Below, piece after piece: positions 16,774-25,624 of a DNA stretch of 54,246 bases (positions within the stretch are counted from its first letter, which is position 1; each line of letters opens with the position of its first letter). The stretch is from IMG/VR virus record IMGVR_UViG_3300024275_000003, positions 1 to 54,246 of that record, one strand, 5' to 3'. The translations under genes were made by a program, and so were the position numbers. The notes beneath the pieces were generated by a model that worked only from the letters and a program-made list of their open reading frames with translations, was not told where the DNA came from and ran no database searches. This DNA comes from a virus (lineage: Duplodnaviria > Caudoviricetes).

Positions 16774-16817
16774 TGGTCCTGTAGTACTTGGTCATCCTCT
16801 TCCGGAGAAAAAAGATA

Positions 16818-17150
16818 ATGAAGATAATGGTTCTGTATGTAAAGAATGTGGTAATTGCCCTTGTAAGACTGATAAAAGCAATACTGAATCAGTACCATTA
16901 TTTAAACACTGACGGGTATATTAAGAATGTACTGGTTATTCTTGATTGTTTTGGTAACGCTCTGGCGGGTGGAGATCCGGATGAGACGATTTCTAGCCGA
17001 TGTGCTAAGGCTGCCCTGTCCGAACAAGCGGGTGGTAAATGGGGTGGAGGCTGTCGAATGTGTGCCTTCCTCTCGATCTTCCAGCAGGATCACTGTACGA
17101 AGGCGCTGAATCGAAATAAGGGCTCCAGAGCGGTTATACCTGATGCGTAA
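16818..17150 (+). CDS. Conserved small phage protein (NALxGGDPDETISSR motif)
   Basis: GNALAGGDPDETISSRCAK...C..L...DHC motif typical of a widespread phage family. Confidence 0.7.
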   Translation: MKIMVLYVKNVVIALVRLIKAILNQYHYLNTDGYIKNVLVILDCFGNALAGGDPDETISSRCAKAALSEQAGGKWGGGCRMCAFLSIFQQDHCTKALNRNKGSRAVIPDA

Positions 17151-17159
17151 GGGGTAAAT

Positions 17160-17312
17160 GTGGATACAGATGAACGAAGCCAACCAGAGCCTTCCTCGCA
17201 AGCGACAGAGCCATGTACACACCCTAGACCTTGGCTACTGATTGATTGGGGTAGTGTACCACCTGTTTACAAGTGTAGATCTTGTGGAGAAGTCCTGTTG
17301 ACAAGTACCTGA
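17160..17312 (+). CDS. Small Zn-ribbon-like protein (50 aa)
   Basis: Manual ORF with CTH...YKCRSCGE, AAGGGG SD, GTG start. Confidence 0.45.
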   Translation: MDTDERSQPEPSSQATEPCTHPRPWLLIDWGSVPPVYKCRSCGEVLLTST

Positions 17313-17326
17313 AAATGTGGTACCAT
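17298..17326 (+). promoter_or_regulatory. Sigma70-like promoter
   Basis: TTGACA-17nt-TACCAT with TG extension. Confidence 0.7.
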
Positions 17327-17368
17327 GTTGTAGAGGGTGGATAAAAAGTAAGGAGAAGTACGAAAAGC

Positions 17369-17397
17369 TTGACAAGTGCATTAAAACGTGTCAGACT
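17369..17397 (+). promoter_or_regulatory. Sigma70-like promoter, near-copy of 662-690
   Basis: TTGACA-17nt-CAGACT, followed by hairpin GGGAGTCG-ccta-CGGCTCCC at 17421-17440. Confidence 0.55.
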
Positions 17398-17479
17398 AGT
17401 TATTCTTTCTTTCTTCGAAAGGGAGTCGCCTACGGCTCCCCTACGTTGTTTCTTTCTGTTTGCATACATACCAATAATA

Positions 17480-18115
17480 ATGAATAATAAAAATAATAGA
17501 CTGCAGGAATATATTAAAAATATTATAGAATATGATCCTGAGTCTGGTAATTTCTGGTGGTTACAAGAAAAACAAGGACGAGATCTCAATGTACCTGCTG
17601 GTACTGAGACAGCAGCAGGATATCGAATTATCAGTATTGATGGTAAAGGGTATGCTGCGCATCGACTAGCTTTCCTTTTTATGGAAGGTGCTTTTCCTCC
17701 TGCTTATGTAGATCATAAGGATGGTAATCCCCGTAATAATAAATGGGATAATCTTCGGCATGCTTCTGCTAAACAAAACGCTCAGAATAAACGTCGTAAA
17801 TATAATTCCTTTACTGGTATGAAAGGAGTTATTAAAAACCATGTAACTAATTTGTGGGAAGTACGAATTGATATTGATGGTAAGAGGGTTTCGGAAGGAC
17901 CTTTTTATTCATACCAAAAAGCTTGTAAACGGTATGATGAACTAGCAGAAAAGAACTTCGGAGAGTTTTATCGAAAAGAAGAACCGCGACAACAAAAAGC
18001 AACTTTTAGTAATGAAGACGTAACACAAGCCGTCGAAGACTTTATTAAAAATAAAAGACTAGTTAACGGACATTATATAAGCGATGCCAATCGCGTTGAG
18101 GACAACGCTCATTGA
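17480..18115 (+). CDS. HNH homing endonuclease with AP2-like C-terminal domain
   Basis: YDPESGNF, AHRLAF, VDHKDGNPRNNKWDNLR..N..N, TGMKGV...WEVRI; AT-rich. Confidence 0.9.
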   Translation: MNNKNNRLQEYIKNIIEYDPESGNFWWLQEKQGRDLNVPAGTETAAGYRIISIDGKGYAAHRLAFLFMEGAFPPAYVDHKDGNPRNNKWDNLRHASAKQNAQNKRRKYNSFTGMKGVIKNHVTNLWEVRIDIDGKRVSEGPFYSYQKACKRYDELAEKNFGEFYRKEEPRQQKATFSNEDVTQAVEDFIKNKRLVNGHYISDANRVEDNAH

Positions 18116-19341
18116 TTGATATTTCTCTGGTCAAATTATTACTAAACAAAGATCAGTATCTGGAGTATCGAAAGCTTCTGGATATTAAGGATGTATCCAA
18201 GGAATTACAGGGTATTATCCGTACCATCGATGCCCACTTCGAAGGTTCCAGTGAAGCTCCATCCCTCTCAGTAGATGACTTAAGCAATCTGTATTTCTCA
18301 ACTAACCGAAAGGATATCGAATTCTTTCAGGGAGTATTCGACAACGTTCGAAAGAACGAGTCCAGTGTAGAGAGCACTCGTGAGTTGATCCACGCCATGA
18401 GGCGTACCCGGTTACTCCGTGAAGTATCTCTGGATTCATACGATGCCTCTGAAGGTCGAAAGAAGATTGAGGATGTACTTGCTAAACTCGAAGAATTAAA
18501 AGAAGAGAAAGGTACAGCATGTGATGATACCGACGAAGTTGATTTCGTATCTGATGACCTTGTTGAGCTTGTTAACACAAGTCGTACTGTGGAGGGCCTT
18601 AGATGGCGTCTTGGTTCTCTTAATACGGCTCTTGGCTCCCTTCGCAAAGGAGACTTTGGATTCGTATTTGCTCGACCAGAAACAGGGAAAACCACTTTCC
18701 TTGCTAGCGAAGTTTCTTATTTTGCTGAACAGGCTGCACAACCGATTATCTGGTTGAATAACGAGGAACAGGGTTCCAAGGTGATGCTCCGATGCTATCA
18801 GGCAGCATTGGGTATTCCGATGGAGCAGTTGCTCAGTGATCTGGAAGGAAACAGGAAACGGTATCATGAACTCACGAAAGGTAAGATCAAGCTGTACGAC
18901 AGTGCCTCCATCACGAAAGCACAGGTCGAAAAGATTGTCGCCAAGGTCCAACCTTCGATCGTTGTATTTGATCAGATCGACAAGATCAAGGGCTTTGACA
19001 ATGATCGCGAGGATCTTAGGTTGGGATCGATTTACATATGGGCCCGCGAATTGGCGAAAGAATATTGCCCAGTCATCGGCGTATGCCAAGCTGATGGTAG
19101 TGGGGAGGGCCAGCGCTGGCTCACCATGGCCAATGTGGCTAACGCCAAGACAAGCAAACAAGCTGAAGCGGATTGGATTCTTGGTATCGGAAAAGTAAAT
19201 GCTCCGGGGTATGATGCTTTGCGGTTTATGCACCTGAGTAAAAACAAACTCGTTGGGGATGCAGACAGCAAGCAGGATATGCGCCACGGTCGTTGGGAAA
19301 CGTTGATTGAACCTACCATTGCGAGGTATAGGGATCTATGA
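18112..19341 (+). CDS. DnaB-like (SF4) replicative helicase
   Basis: Walker A FARPETGKTTF, NNEE, VFDQIDK, CQAD, KQAEADWILGIG. Confidence 0.92.
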   Translation: MIDISLVKLLLNKDQYLEYRKLLDIKDVSKELQGIIRTIDAHFEGSSEAPSLSVDDLSNLYFSTNRKDIEFFQGVFDNVRKNESSVESTRELIHAMRRTRLLREVSLDSYDASEGRKKIEDVLAKLEELKEEKGTACDDTDEVDFVSDDLVELVNTSRTVEGLRWRLGSLNTALGSLRKGDFGFVFARPETGKTTFLASEVSYFAEQAAQPIIWLNNEEQGSKVMLRCYQAALGIPMEQLLSDLEGNRKRYHELTKGKIKLYDSASITKAQVEKIVAKVQPSIVVFDQIDKIKGFDNDREDLRLGSIYIWARELAKEYCPVIGVCQADGSGEGQRWLTMANVANAKTSKQAEADWILGIGKVNAPGYDALRFMHLSKNKLVGDADSKQDMRHGRWETLIEPTIARYRDL

Positions 19342-19523
19342 GTTTTAAATCACGGATGGTGTATGTTGTAATGCGAAAGACAGAGGAAGATATTATTCCA
19401 GTAGCTGTCTTCTACGATGAAGAGACAGCACACGGTAACGCCGAGGGATACAATCTGGAGTTCAAGGATCGTGGTATTGAAGGTATCAATTTTTATGTTT
19501 CGGTTACGGTTTCATACGAATGA
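19338..19523 (+). CDS. Small hypothetical protein
   Basis: ATGA coupling at both ends. Confidence 0.6.
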   Translation: MSFKSRMVYVVMRKTEEDIIPVAVFYDEETAHGNAEGYNLEFKDRGIEGINFYVSVTVSYE

Positions 19524-19769
19524 GTAATTTAGAGTTCAATGAAATTGATGGGCGATTTTATAGAGACGGTGAGTTAGCAGGATGGAGTATCTTTTCGACG
19601 CGGATTATATGAAGCGAGGATAGTTTACAATAATAAGAGAATTCATATAGGGGCTTACAAGACACTACAAGAAGCACGTAAAGCTTATAACGACAAGGCA
19701 ATTGAACTATTTGGGGATTTTGTTCATGACAGTGTTATGTGTGGACACGGAAACGACGATCCACAATAA
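19520..19769 (+). pseudogene. HNH-AP2 endonuclease remnant, catalytic domain deleted and frameshifted
   Basis: Frame 1 MSNLEFNEIDGRFYRDGELAGW then shifted frame GVSFRRGLYEARIVYNNKRIHIGAYKTLQEARKAYNDKAIELFGDF (AP2 signature). Confidence 0.75.
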
Positions 19770-20874
19770 TGGACGTGTCTATGATCCAAGAAACAAAATG
19801 GTGTGTTTCAGTTGGGCTGATTCAACAGAGTCTGGTGCATTACAAGTAAACGATGATTCTATTGCGAAGCTAGCTGAGAAACTTTCTAAGTGCTCTGTGT
19901 TCGTTGGGTTTAACTGTAAGTTTGATATCCCTTGGTTATGGAAGTACGGCTTACAGTTACCAGAAAATTGTAAGATATGGGATGCTCAAATAGCTCAGTT
20001 TATTAATCATCATCAAACTAATAGATATCCAAGTTTGGAAGAAGCTCTAATAGAGTATAATCTTGGGCATAAAATCGATGTGGTTAAACTTGAGTACTGG
20101 GATAAAGGTATTAATACAGATGAGATACCATGGGAGATACTTGAAGATTATGCTCGGGTAGATGCAGAGAAAACTTTACAGTTATATTATAAACAACAAG
20201 AGGCCATGTCTCCAGAATTTAAACGTCTGGTAAATCTCCAAGGGATGGATCTTTTAATCCTAGCAACTATGGAGGACAATGGACTCAAGTTTGATCAAGA
20301 ACTCTGTAACGACCGCGCTCAGAAACTTGAAGAAGAAATTAAAACGATCTCAGATGAGTTGGGTAGCATATATCCTGACGTCCCTCTCAATTTTAATTCT
20401 GGGGACCATCTGTCTGCTTTTTTATATGGCGGGACTATTGTACAGGAAGGTAAGGAGCACATTGGGTTTTTCAAATCCGGACAGCGAAGCGGCGAACCAA
20501 AGTACCGAAATGTGGAAATAAAACATGAGCTACCCCGACTCGTTGAACCAATCAAAGGAAGCGAACTCAAGAAGCCCGGATTCTTCGCCACAGGTGCTGA
20601 CGTTCTACTCAAGCTCAAGCCCAATAAAAAGACTCGACATATTCTGGAACTTATCCAACGGCAAGTACGGTTGGAGAGTCTACTTAGCAAGACCTATCGG
20701 GGGTTGGTCCGGGCAAACGTTAACGGAAACTGGGAACATGGATGGCTGCATGGCCAATTTAATCAATGCGTTGCAGCAACAGGCAGACTGAGTAGTAGTA
20801 ACCCTAACCTGCAGAACCTTGATGGTGCTGCACAGGATATCTTTATAACGAGGTTTACAAGTGACAATGCATGA
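19726..20874 (+). CDS. Family A DNA polymerase, N-terminal part (3'-5' exonuclease + thumb)
   Basis: DTETT ExoI, FNCKFD ExoII, YARVD ExoIII, FNQCVAATGRLSSSNPNLQN. Confidence 0.92.
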   Translation: MTVLCVDTETTIHNNGRVYDPRNKMVCFSWADSTESGALQVNDDSIAKLAEKLSKCSVFVGFNCKFDIPWLWKYGLQLPENCKIWDAQIAQFINHHQTNRYPSLEEALIEYNLGHKIDVVKLEYWDKGINTDEIPWEILEDYARVDAEKTLQLYYKQQEAMSPEFKRLVNLQGMDLLILATMEDNGLKFDQELCNDRAQKLEEEIKTISDELGSIYPDVPLNFNSGDHLSAFLYGGTIVQEGKEHIGFFKSGQRSGEPKYRNVEIKHELPRLVEPIKGSELKKPGFFATGADVLLKLKPNKKTRHILELIQRQVRLESLLSKTYRGLVRANVNGNWEHGWLHGQFNQCVAATGRLSSSNPNLQNLDGAAQDIFITRFTSDNA

Positions 20875-21016
20875 TGTAGTTCAATGCCAACTGGATACCA
20901 TTCAAGGCCAGATCAACGCGTATCAGGCAGATATCAATAACCTGCTACCGATGCTCAATAACCTTCAACAACAGGCACAGGTGCTGGTTACGTGGCTTGC
21001 AAACAACCCTGCCTAA
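20861..21016 (+). CDS. Small Gln/Asn-rich coiled-coil ORF between the polymerase halves
   Basis: Manual ORF (V)TMHDVVQCQLDTIQGQINAYQADINNLL..., GAGGT SD. Confidence 0.55.
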   Translation: MTMHDVVQCQLDTIQGQINAYQADINNLLPMLNNLQQQAQVLVTWLANNPA

Positions 21017-21026
21017 TAGGAGTTAG

Positions 21027-21752
21027 ATGCTTGTCCAACTTGATGCATCACAATTGGAATGGAGGACAGCCATTCAGTTGTCACAGGACGAGGTTGGCCT
21101 CAAGGAGATTGTTGAAGGCGCAGATGCGCACTCGCTCAACCAAGTCGCCTTTGACCTGCCTAGCCGACTCATTGCAAAGATCTACCTGTTCCGAACCATC
21201 TTCCGAGGATCAGGATATGCATTTGCAAACGACCCAGAATTCATGCATGTATCGACAGACCCAAAATTCTGGGATAATGTTGGGCTTAAGTTCTATGGGA
21301 AGTACTCTGGGCTGGATCGACAGCATCATATATGGGCTGATCTAGTTACAAGTGGTAAGCCCATCACTGGACCTACGGGGAGACAATGGACTATCAACAT
21401 GAAGCGGGATTATCGGGGCAACCTGAAAATTCCTTGGACGATACTGAGCAACTATCCTGTACAGGGTACGGGTGCCGATGTGATGATGGTAGCTCGCATT
21501 TCATTCTGGCGGCGATTAAAGGCTTCTGGGATTCCCGCGTTGCTAGTTTCAACAGTCCACGATTCTGTCGTTGTAGATGTTGCGGGCGAGTATGTATCGC
21601 AGATAGTTAAGTTGATGTACGAGGTATTCGACGATCTCGTTGAAAACATCAACCGATGCTTCAAGTGCAACTGGAACGTTCCGCTCGCTGCGGAAGTAAA
21701 GCTAGGTCCCAACATGCTTGACATGAAGAAGGTCGATAGACCGTTGCTTTAG
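21027..21752 (+). CDS. Family A DNA polymerase, C-terminal catalytic part
   Basis: Motif A LDASQLEWR, motif B RLIAKIYLFRTIFRG, NYPVQGTGAD, motif C TVHDS; own AGGAG SD. Confidence 0.92.
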   Translation: MLVQLDASQLEWRTAIQLSQDEVGLKEIVEGADAHSLNQVAFDLPSRLIAKIYLFRTIFRGSGYAFANDPEFMHVSTDPKFWDNVGLKFYGKYSGLDRQHHIWADLVTSGKPITGPTGRQWTINMKRDYRGNLKIPWTILSNYPVQGTGADVMMVARISFWRRLKASGIPALLVSTVHDSVVVDVAGEYVSQIVKLMYEVFDDLVENINRCFKCNWNVPLAAEVKLGPNMLDMKKVDRPLL

Positions 21753-21782
21753 CAGAAAAGTTGACCGAAATGCAGATTTTTG

Positions 21783-21811
21783 TTGACTTAGGTATTAAGA
21801 TAAGATAAGAT
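21783..21811 (+). promoter_or_regulatory. Sigma70-like promoter upstream of SSB
   Basis: TTGACT-17nt-TAAGAT in AT-rich intergenic gap. Confidence 0.6.
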
Positions 21812-21853
21812 TATATACATAGAGTAGGAATTCATCGAGAGGAAACATATCTA

Positions 21854-22414
21854 ATGGCGATTACGATTCAAGTTCTGTCTACGAGTGTAGAAACCAAGCC
21901 AACTGCAAAAGGTAGTTATCAGCAACTGGAGGTTGCCTATAAGAATTTGACATTCCAAGGCAAGGTTGAGGCTAAAAAGCTCATGTCTTTTGGGGCTAAT
22001 TCTGAAGCATTCAAGGCCCTTATTACGGCTGCACCCACGAGCGTCTGGGAAGTTGAAACAGTTAAAAATGATAAAGGTTATATAGATTGGATCAAGGTAG
22101 CAAAAGGTTCGGCGACCAGTTCTGCCCCCACGGCATCCCTCTCTGTATCAAGCAATGGTGCATCTGGGGCTGTAACGAAGGGCAATTGGGAGACTCCGGA
22201 GGAACGAGCCAAGAAGCAGGTGTACATCATTCGTCAGTCAAGCCTGAATGTAGCTGTGGCGGCTCTGAGTGCAGGTGCAAAGAAGGCAATTGAAGCGGGA
22301 GAGATTATTGGTCTGGCTAAACAATTGGAAGCATACGTTCTGGATTCTGGTACTAGTACTGCCGAAGTTGTTGGGAAAGACATTGAATCTCTTGAAGAAG
22401 ACCTTCCCTTCTGA
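21854..22414 (+). CDS. Putative single-stranded DNA-binding protein
   Basis: Beta-rich N-terminus, acidic tail ending EEDLPF, replication context. Confidence 0.65.
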   Translation: MAITIQVLSTSVETKPTAKGSYQQLEVAYKNLTFQGKVEAKKLMSFGANSEAFKALITAAPTSVWEVETVKNDKGYIDWIKVAKGSATSSAPTASLSVSSNGASGAVTKGNWETPEERAKKQVYIIRQSSLNVAVAALSAGAKKAIEAGEIIGLAKQLEAYVLDSGTSTAEVVGKDIESLEEDLPF

Positions 22415-22478
22415 TGTACTTTTTGGTTTACTAGAGAAGATGGTAGTTCTTTATAAATTCATTGAGGTATTTACAACT

Positions 22479-22649
22479 ATGTTTGATTTCTTTAAGACCA
22501 TCAAGACGGAAGTAGCAGCAGTCAAGATCAAGCTTGCTGCATTGGAAGCCCGTGTAGAGGCTCTGTTTAAGGACGTTACACCGGAAGCTACGGCAGAGGT
22601 ACAAGAGGCTGTCACGGAGGCTAAGGATGCCACTGAAACGGGGAAGTGA
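22479..22649 (+). CDS. Small coiled-coil protein
   Basis: [23 protein letters not shown]. Confidence 0.6.
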   Translation: MFDFFKTIKTEVAAVKIKLAALEARVEALFKDVTPEATAEVQEAVTEAKDATETGK

Positions 22650-22767
22650 TCAAAAGACAATCTCTCAGAATATTAAAACTGAGAAAAATGCGGGCAAGCC
22701 ACAGAAGCAAGCCGTGGCTATCGCCCTCTCTAAAGCAGGAAAATCAAATAAAGGAAAGACCAAGTGA
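22627..22767 (+). CDS. Small basic phage protein (MPLK...KQAVAIALS family)
   Basis: Manual [56 protein letters not shown]. Confidence 0.75.
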   Translation: MPLKRGSDQKTISQNIKTEKNAGKPQKQAVAIALSKAGKSNKGKTK

Positions 22768-22976
22768 AATTCATCATCACTCCCCGCGTTAAGTACACCT
22801 TCCGCCGTAATGAAGATCCGATGCCGCCTGCTGAGCTTGAATATGCTCTCACTATGAAGGACGATGAAGGAACTGTCAATCATATTGGAGTGTACGCTAG
22901 TCCGGTAGATGCCCGTATCATGGCCGGTCAGATTATGGAACTGGATTTCACCAAGCAGGAGTTTGAACTCCATTGA
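22764..22976 (+). CDS. Hypothetical protein
   Basis: GTGA coupling, AAGGA SD. Confidence 0.6.
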   Translation: MKFIITPRVKYTFRRNEDPMPPAELEYALTMKDDEGTVNHIGVYASPVDARIMAGQIMELDFTKQEFELH

Positions 22977-23671
22977 AGGCACTCATTGACGCGGACATCG
23001 TAGCTTTTTCCTGTGCTGCGTACAATGAAGCATTCGGATGGGAAGCCACTGTAGCCGATATCGATGCCCTTATGCGGCGAATAATCGAATCAACGGACAG
23101 TGATTCCTATCTGGCTGTATTGACGGGTTCCAACAACTTCCGATATGACATCTTCCCAGAATATAAATCTAACAGAAAGGGAAAGCCGAAACCGATCTAT
23201 CTTGAAGAATCTCGCGCTCATCTCGTCACTGAATGGGGAGCAGTCGTTACCGATGGATTTGAAGCGGATGATCGATTGGGAATTGAGCAATCTAGTGAGC
23301 CGTTTGGAACTACGGTCATATGTTCTATCGATAAAGACCTAATGCAAGTGCCGGGTTATCACTTTAACTGGAGAAAGAATGAACGGACATTGGTTTCTCC
23401 TATGGACGGAGTACGTTCTCTGTACCGTCAGCTTCTTACTGGTGATACCACTGATGGGATTTCTGGCGTGGGTGGTATTGGACCCGTTAAGTCAAAAAGA
23501 GCTATCGATGACCTCACGACTGAGCTTGATTGTTACGAGGTTTGTAAACGCCTTTACGGTGATGAGAGGCTAGAAGAAATGCATCGTAATATGAAACTCC
23601 TGTATATCTGGAGAAAGGAATTGGATGAGTGGACGCCGCCGACTGAAGAAGAACAGCAAGTACAAGAGTAA
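22973..23671 (+). CDS. 5'-3' exonuclease (T7 gp6 / RNase H-like)
   Basis: LIDADIVAF, NFRYDIFPEYKSNR, EADD, SIDKDL, GDTTDGISGVGGIG. Confidence 0.92.
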   Translation: MKALIDADIVAFSCAAYNEAFGWEATVADIDALMRRIIESTDSDSYLAVLTGSNNFRYDIFPEYKSNRKGKPKPIYLEESRAHLVTEWGAVVTDGFEADDRLGIEQSSEPFGTTVICSIDKDLMQVPGYHFNWRKNERTLVSPMDGVRSLYRQLLTGDTTDGISGVGGIGPVKSKRAIDDLTTELDCYEVCKRLYGDERLEEMHRNMKLLYIWRKELDEWTPPTEEEQQVQE

Positions 23672-24011
23672 GTTTGAAGAGACTTTTGCAGCTAAGTACC
23701 CTCAACTACAGTATGAAACGAACAAACTAAAATACACTGTAGTTCATACCTACACCCCCGACTGGAAGATCAACGACACAGCCTTTATTGAAACCAAGGG
23801 CTTGTGGAAGGCCGCAGACAGAGCCAAGTATCTGTATATACGTGAGCAGCATCCTGATGTAACGATCTATATGGTTTTCCAGAATCCAAACAATAAACTC
23901 AATCGAGTATCTAAGACGAGCTACGCAGACTATTGCGAGAAGCACAACATCCCTTGGGCAACGATTGACACAATCCCGGAGGAATGGTTCAAGTGCAAAT
24001 CAAAAAAGTAG
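23625..24011 (+). CDS. Endonuclease I-like Holliday junction resolvase
   Basis: YKSKFE, YTPDW, FIETKG PD-(D/E)xK motif, SYADYCEKH. Confidence 0.88.
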   Translation: MSGRRRLKKNSKYKSKFEETFAAKYPQLQYETNKLKYTVVHTYTPDWKINDTAFIETKGLWKAADRAKYLYIREQHPDVTIYMVFQNPNNKLNRVSKTSYADYCEKHNIPWATIDTIPEEWFKCKSKK

Positions 24012-24184
24012 TGGAACGTGAAGATGGTAGTGTTGTGTTTCAGGGGGTGCTAGAGGGTCCTGAACTTGCCTTTGTGATTGAATGTGGACTGGATGCTATC
24101 TTCCAGTCAACTACCAGTCCTTTTGTGTCTCAGAAGTCCTTTGATCCACAAGATCTACACAATCCGCCAGAGGAGATGCAGTGA
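23984..24184 (+). CDS. Hypothetical protein
   Basis: GGAGG SD, operon packing. Confidence 0.6.
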   Translation: MVQVQIKKVVEREDGSVVFQGVLEGPELAFVIECGLDAIFQSTTSPFVSQKSFDPQDLHNPPEEMQ

Positions 24185-24294
24185 CGTTTGATCGTCTAGC
24201 TTATCAGAGAGAATACAGACGAAAGAATAATATGGAATGGGTTACTCATTCTGAGAATAGTCGGCGTGGTGCTATCAATCGACATTATAAATGA
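24181..24294 (+). pseudogene. Internally deleted HNH endonuclease minigene (37 aa)
   Basis: (V)TFDRLAYQREYRRKN fused directly to the HNH C-terminal motif NMEWVTHSENSRRG. Confidence 0.65.
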
Positions 24295-25058
24295 CAAAAC
24301 ATTTTGTATTGCCTGATGTTCAGTTGCGTCCGGGGGACAATACTGACTTTCTAGAACGAATTGGTAACTATGTAGTAGAGAAACAACCCGATGTATTTGT
24401 ATGCCTAGGTGACTTCGCGGACATGGCTAGCCTCAGTTCCTATGACGTCGGTCGGAAGAGTTTTGAAGGTCGTCGCTACGTCAAAGATATTGAAGCAGCA
24501 CGGATGGGCATGGATCGTTTGTTGAAGCCCATGAATGAATATAATGCTCGCCAACGTAAGAATGGAAAGAAACAGTATAAACCGAGGATGATCTTCACAT
24601 ATGGTAACCACTGTGATCGTATCACTCGTGCTGTTAATTCTGATCCTAAACTGGATGGCACTATTGGAATCAGCGACCTGGGTTTTGGAGAATTTGGTTG
24701 GGAAGAGTTCCCGTTTCTGGAAGTGGCTCTTGTGGATGGTATTGCTTATAGTCATTACTTTGTCTCCGGCGTTGCCGGTCGCGCTGCTTCAAGCGCTCAA
24801 GTTATTCTAAACAAGAAGCACCAGTCGTGTATCGCGGGGCATCAACAAGGTCGTCAAGTAGCAACAGCATATCGAGCAGACGGCAAGCGGATCACTGCCA
24901 TTATTGCTGGTAGTTGCTATGAGCACGATGAAGACTACATGGGTCCTCAAGGTAACAAGCACTGGAGGGGATGCCTCATGTTGCACGAAGTCAATGACGG
25001 TGAGTTTGATGAATGTTTTATTTCACTTGACTACCTAAAGAGGAAATATGGCTCTTGA
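24291..25058 (+). CDS. Calcineurin-like metallophosphoesterase
   Basis: PDVQ, LGDFADM, GNHCDR, SHYF, GHQQ. Confidence 0.88.
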   Translation: MTKHFVLPDVQLRPGDNTDFLERIGNYVVEKQPDVFVCLGDFADMASLSSYDVGRKSFEGRRYVKDIEAARMGMDRLLKPMNEYNARQRKNGKKQYKPRMIFTYGNHCDRITRAVNSDPKLDGTIGISDLGFGEFGWEEFPFLEVALVDGIAYSHYFVSGVAGRAASSAQVILNKKHQSCIAGHQQGRQVATAYRADGKRITAIIAGSCYEHDEDYMGPQGNKHWRGCLMLHEVNDGEFDECFISLDYLKRKYGS

Positions 25059-25275
25059 CACTGAAGACTGGAAACGTATTGAAGAACTGGTATTGATGGC
25101 TGGTGCAGCGTCTCAACGAAAGGATCTGGAACAATTCCAGTCATCGGACGCTATGGCTTTCAGTACCCTTGGACTTGCTATTATGGATATCCATGGTCGT
25201 TTGGCACGACTTGAAGCTACCACCTATAAACCTCTGGTCGATCACGCGGGACGGCCTATCGCTCAAGCATATTGA
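25048..25275 (+). CDS. Hypothetical protein
   Basis: GAGGA SD, operon packing. Confidence 0.6.
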   Translation: MALDTEDWKRIEELVLMAGAASQRKDLEQFQSSDAMAFSTLGLAIMDIHGRLARLEATTYKPLVDHAGRPIAQAY

Positions 25276-25276
25276 T

Positions 25277-25624
25277 ATGGGATTTAAAGAAGAAGATCTC
25301 CAACCACAACCCGCTGCTACGGGAACCAAGTATGATAATGGTAAGTTGCCTCTTGATCTACTTGATCCTCTTGCTTTGGAAGGTCTTGCTGGTGTGCTAG
25401 CGTTTGGAGCTAAGAAATATGCATCTCATAACTGGCGTGGGGGTATCTCTTATAGTCGTTTGGTGGCTGCTCTTCTACGACATGTATTCGCGCTACTTCG
25501 GGGAGAGCGGATTGATCCTGAGAGTGGTCTGCCTCACATTGATCATGTTGGCTGCTGTTGGATGTTTCTTAGCAATATGATGAAGACCCGTCCTGACTTG
25601 GATGACCTACATAAAAATGACTAA
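25277..25624 (+). CDS. dATP/dGTP diphosphohydrolase-like protein (DUF5664 family)
   Basis: GTKYDNGK, FGAKKYASHNWRGG, LLRH, DPESGLPHIDH. Confidence 0.85.
   Translation: MGFKEEDLQPQPAATGTKYDNGKLPLDLLDPLALEGLAGVLAFGAKKYASHNWRGGISYSRLVAALLRHVFALLRGERIDPESGLPHIDHVGCCWMFLSNMMKTRPDLDDLHKND

Noticed and set aside
20874-21027. Group I intron in the polymerase gene
   Set aside because: The gap is only ~150 nt, filled by an ORF, and part 2 has its own SD and ATG.
25277-25624. Evidence for a 2-aminoadenine (Z) or deazaguanine-modified genome
   Set aside because: No PurZ, DpdA or Que-pathway genes recognised.
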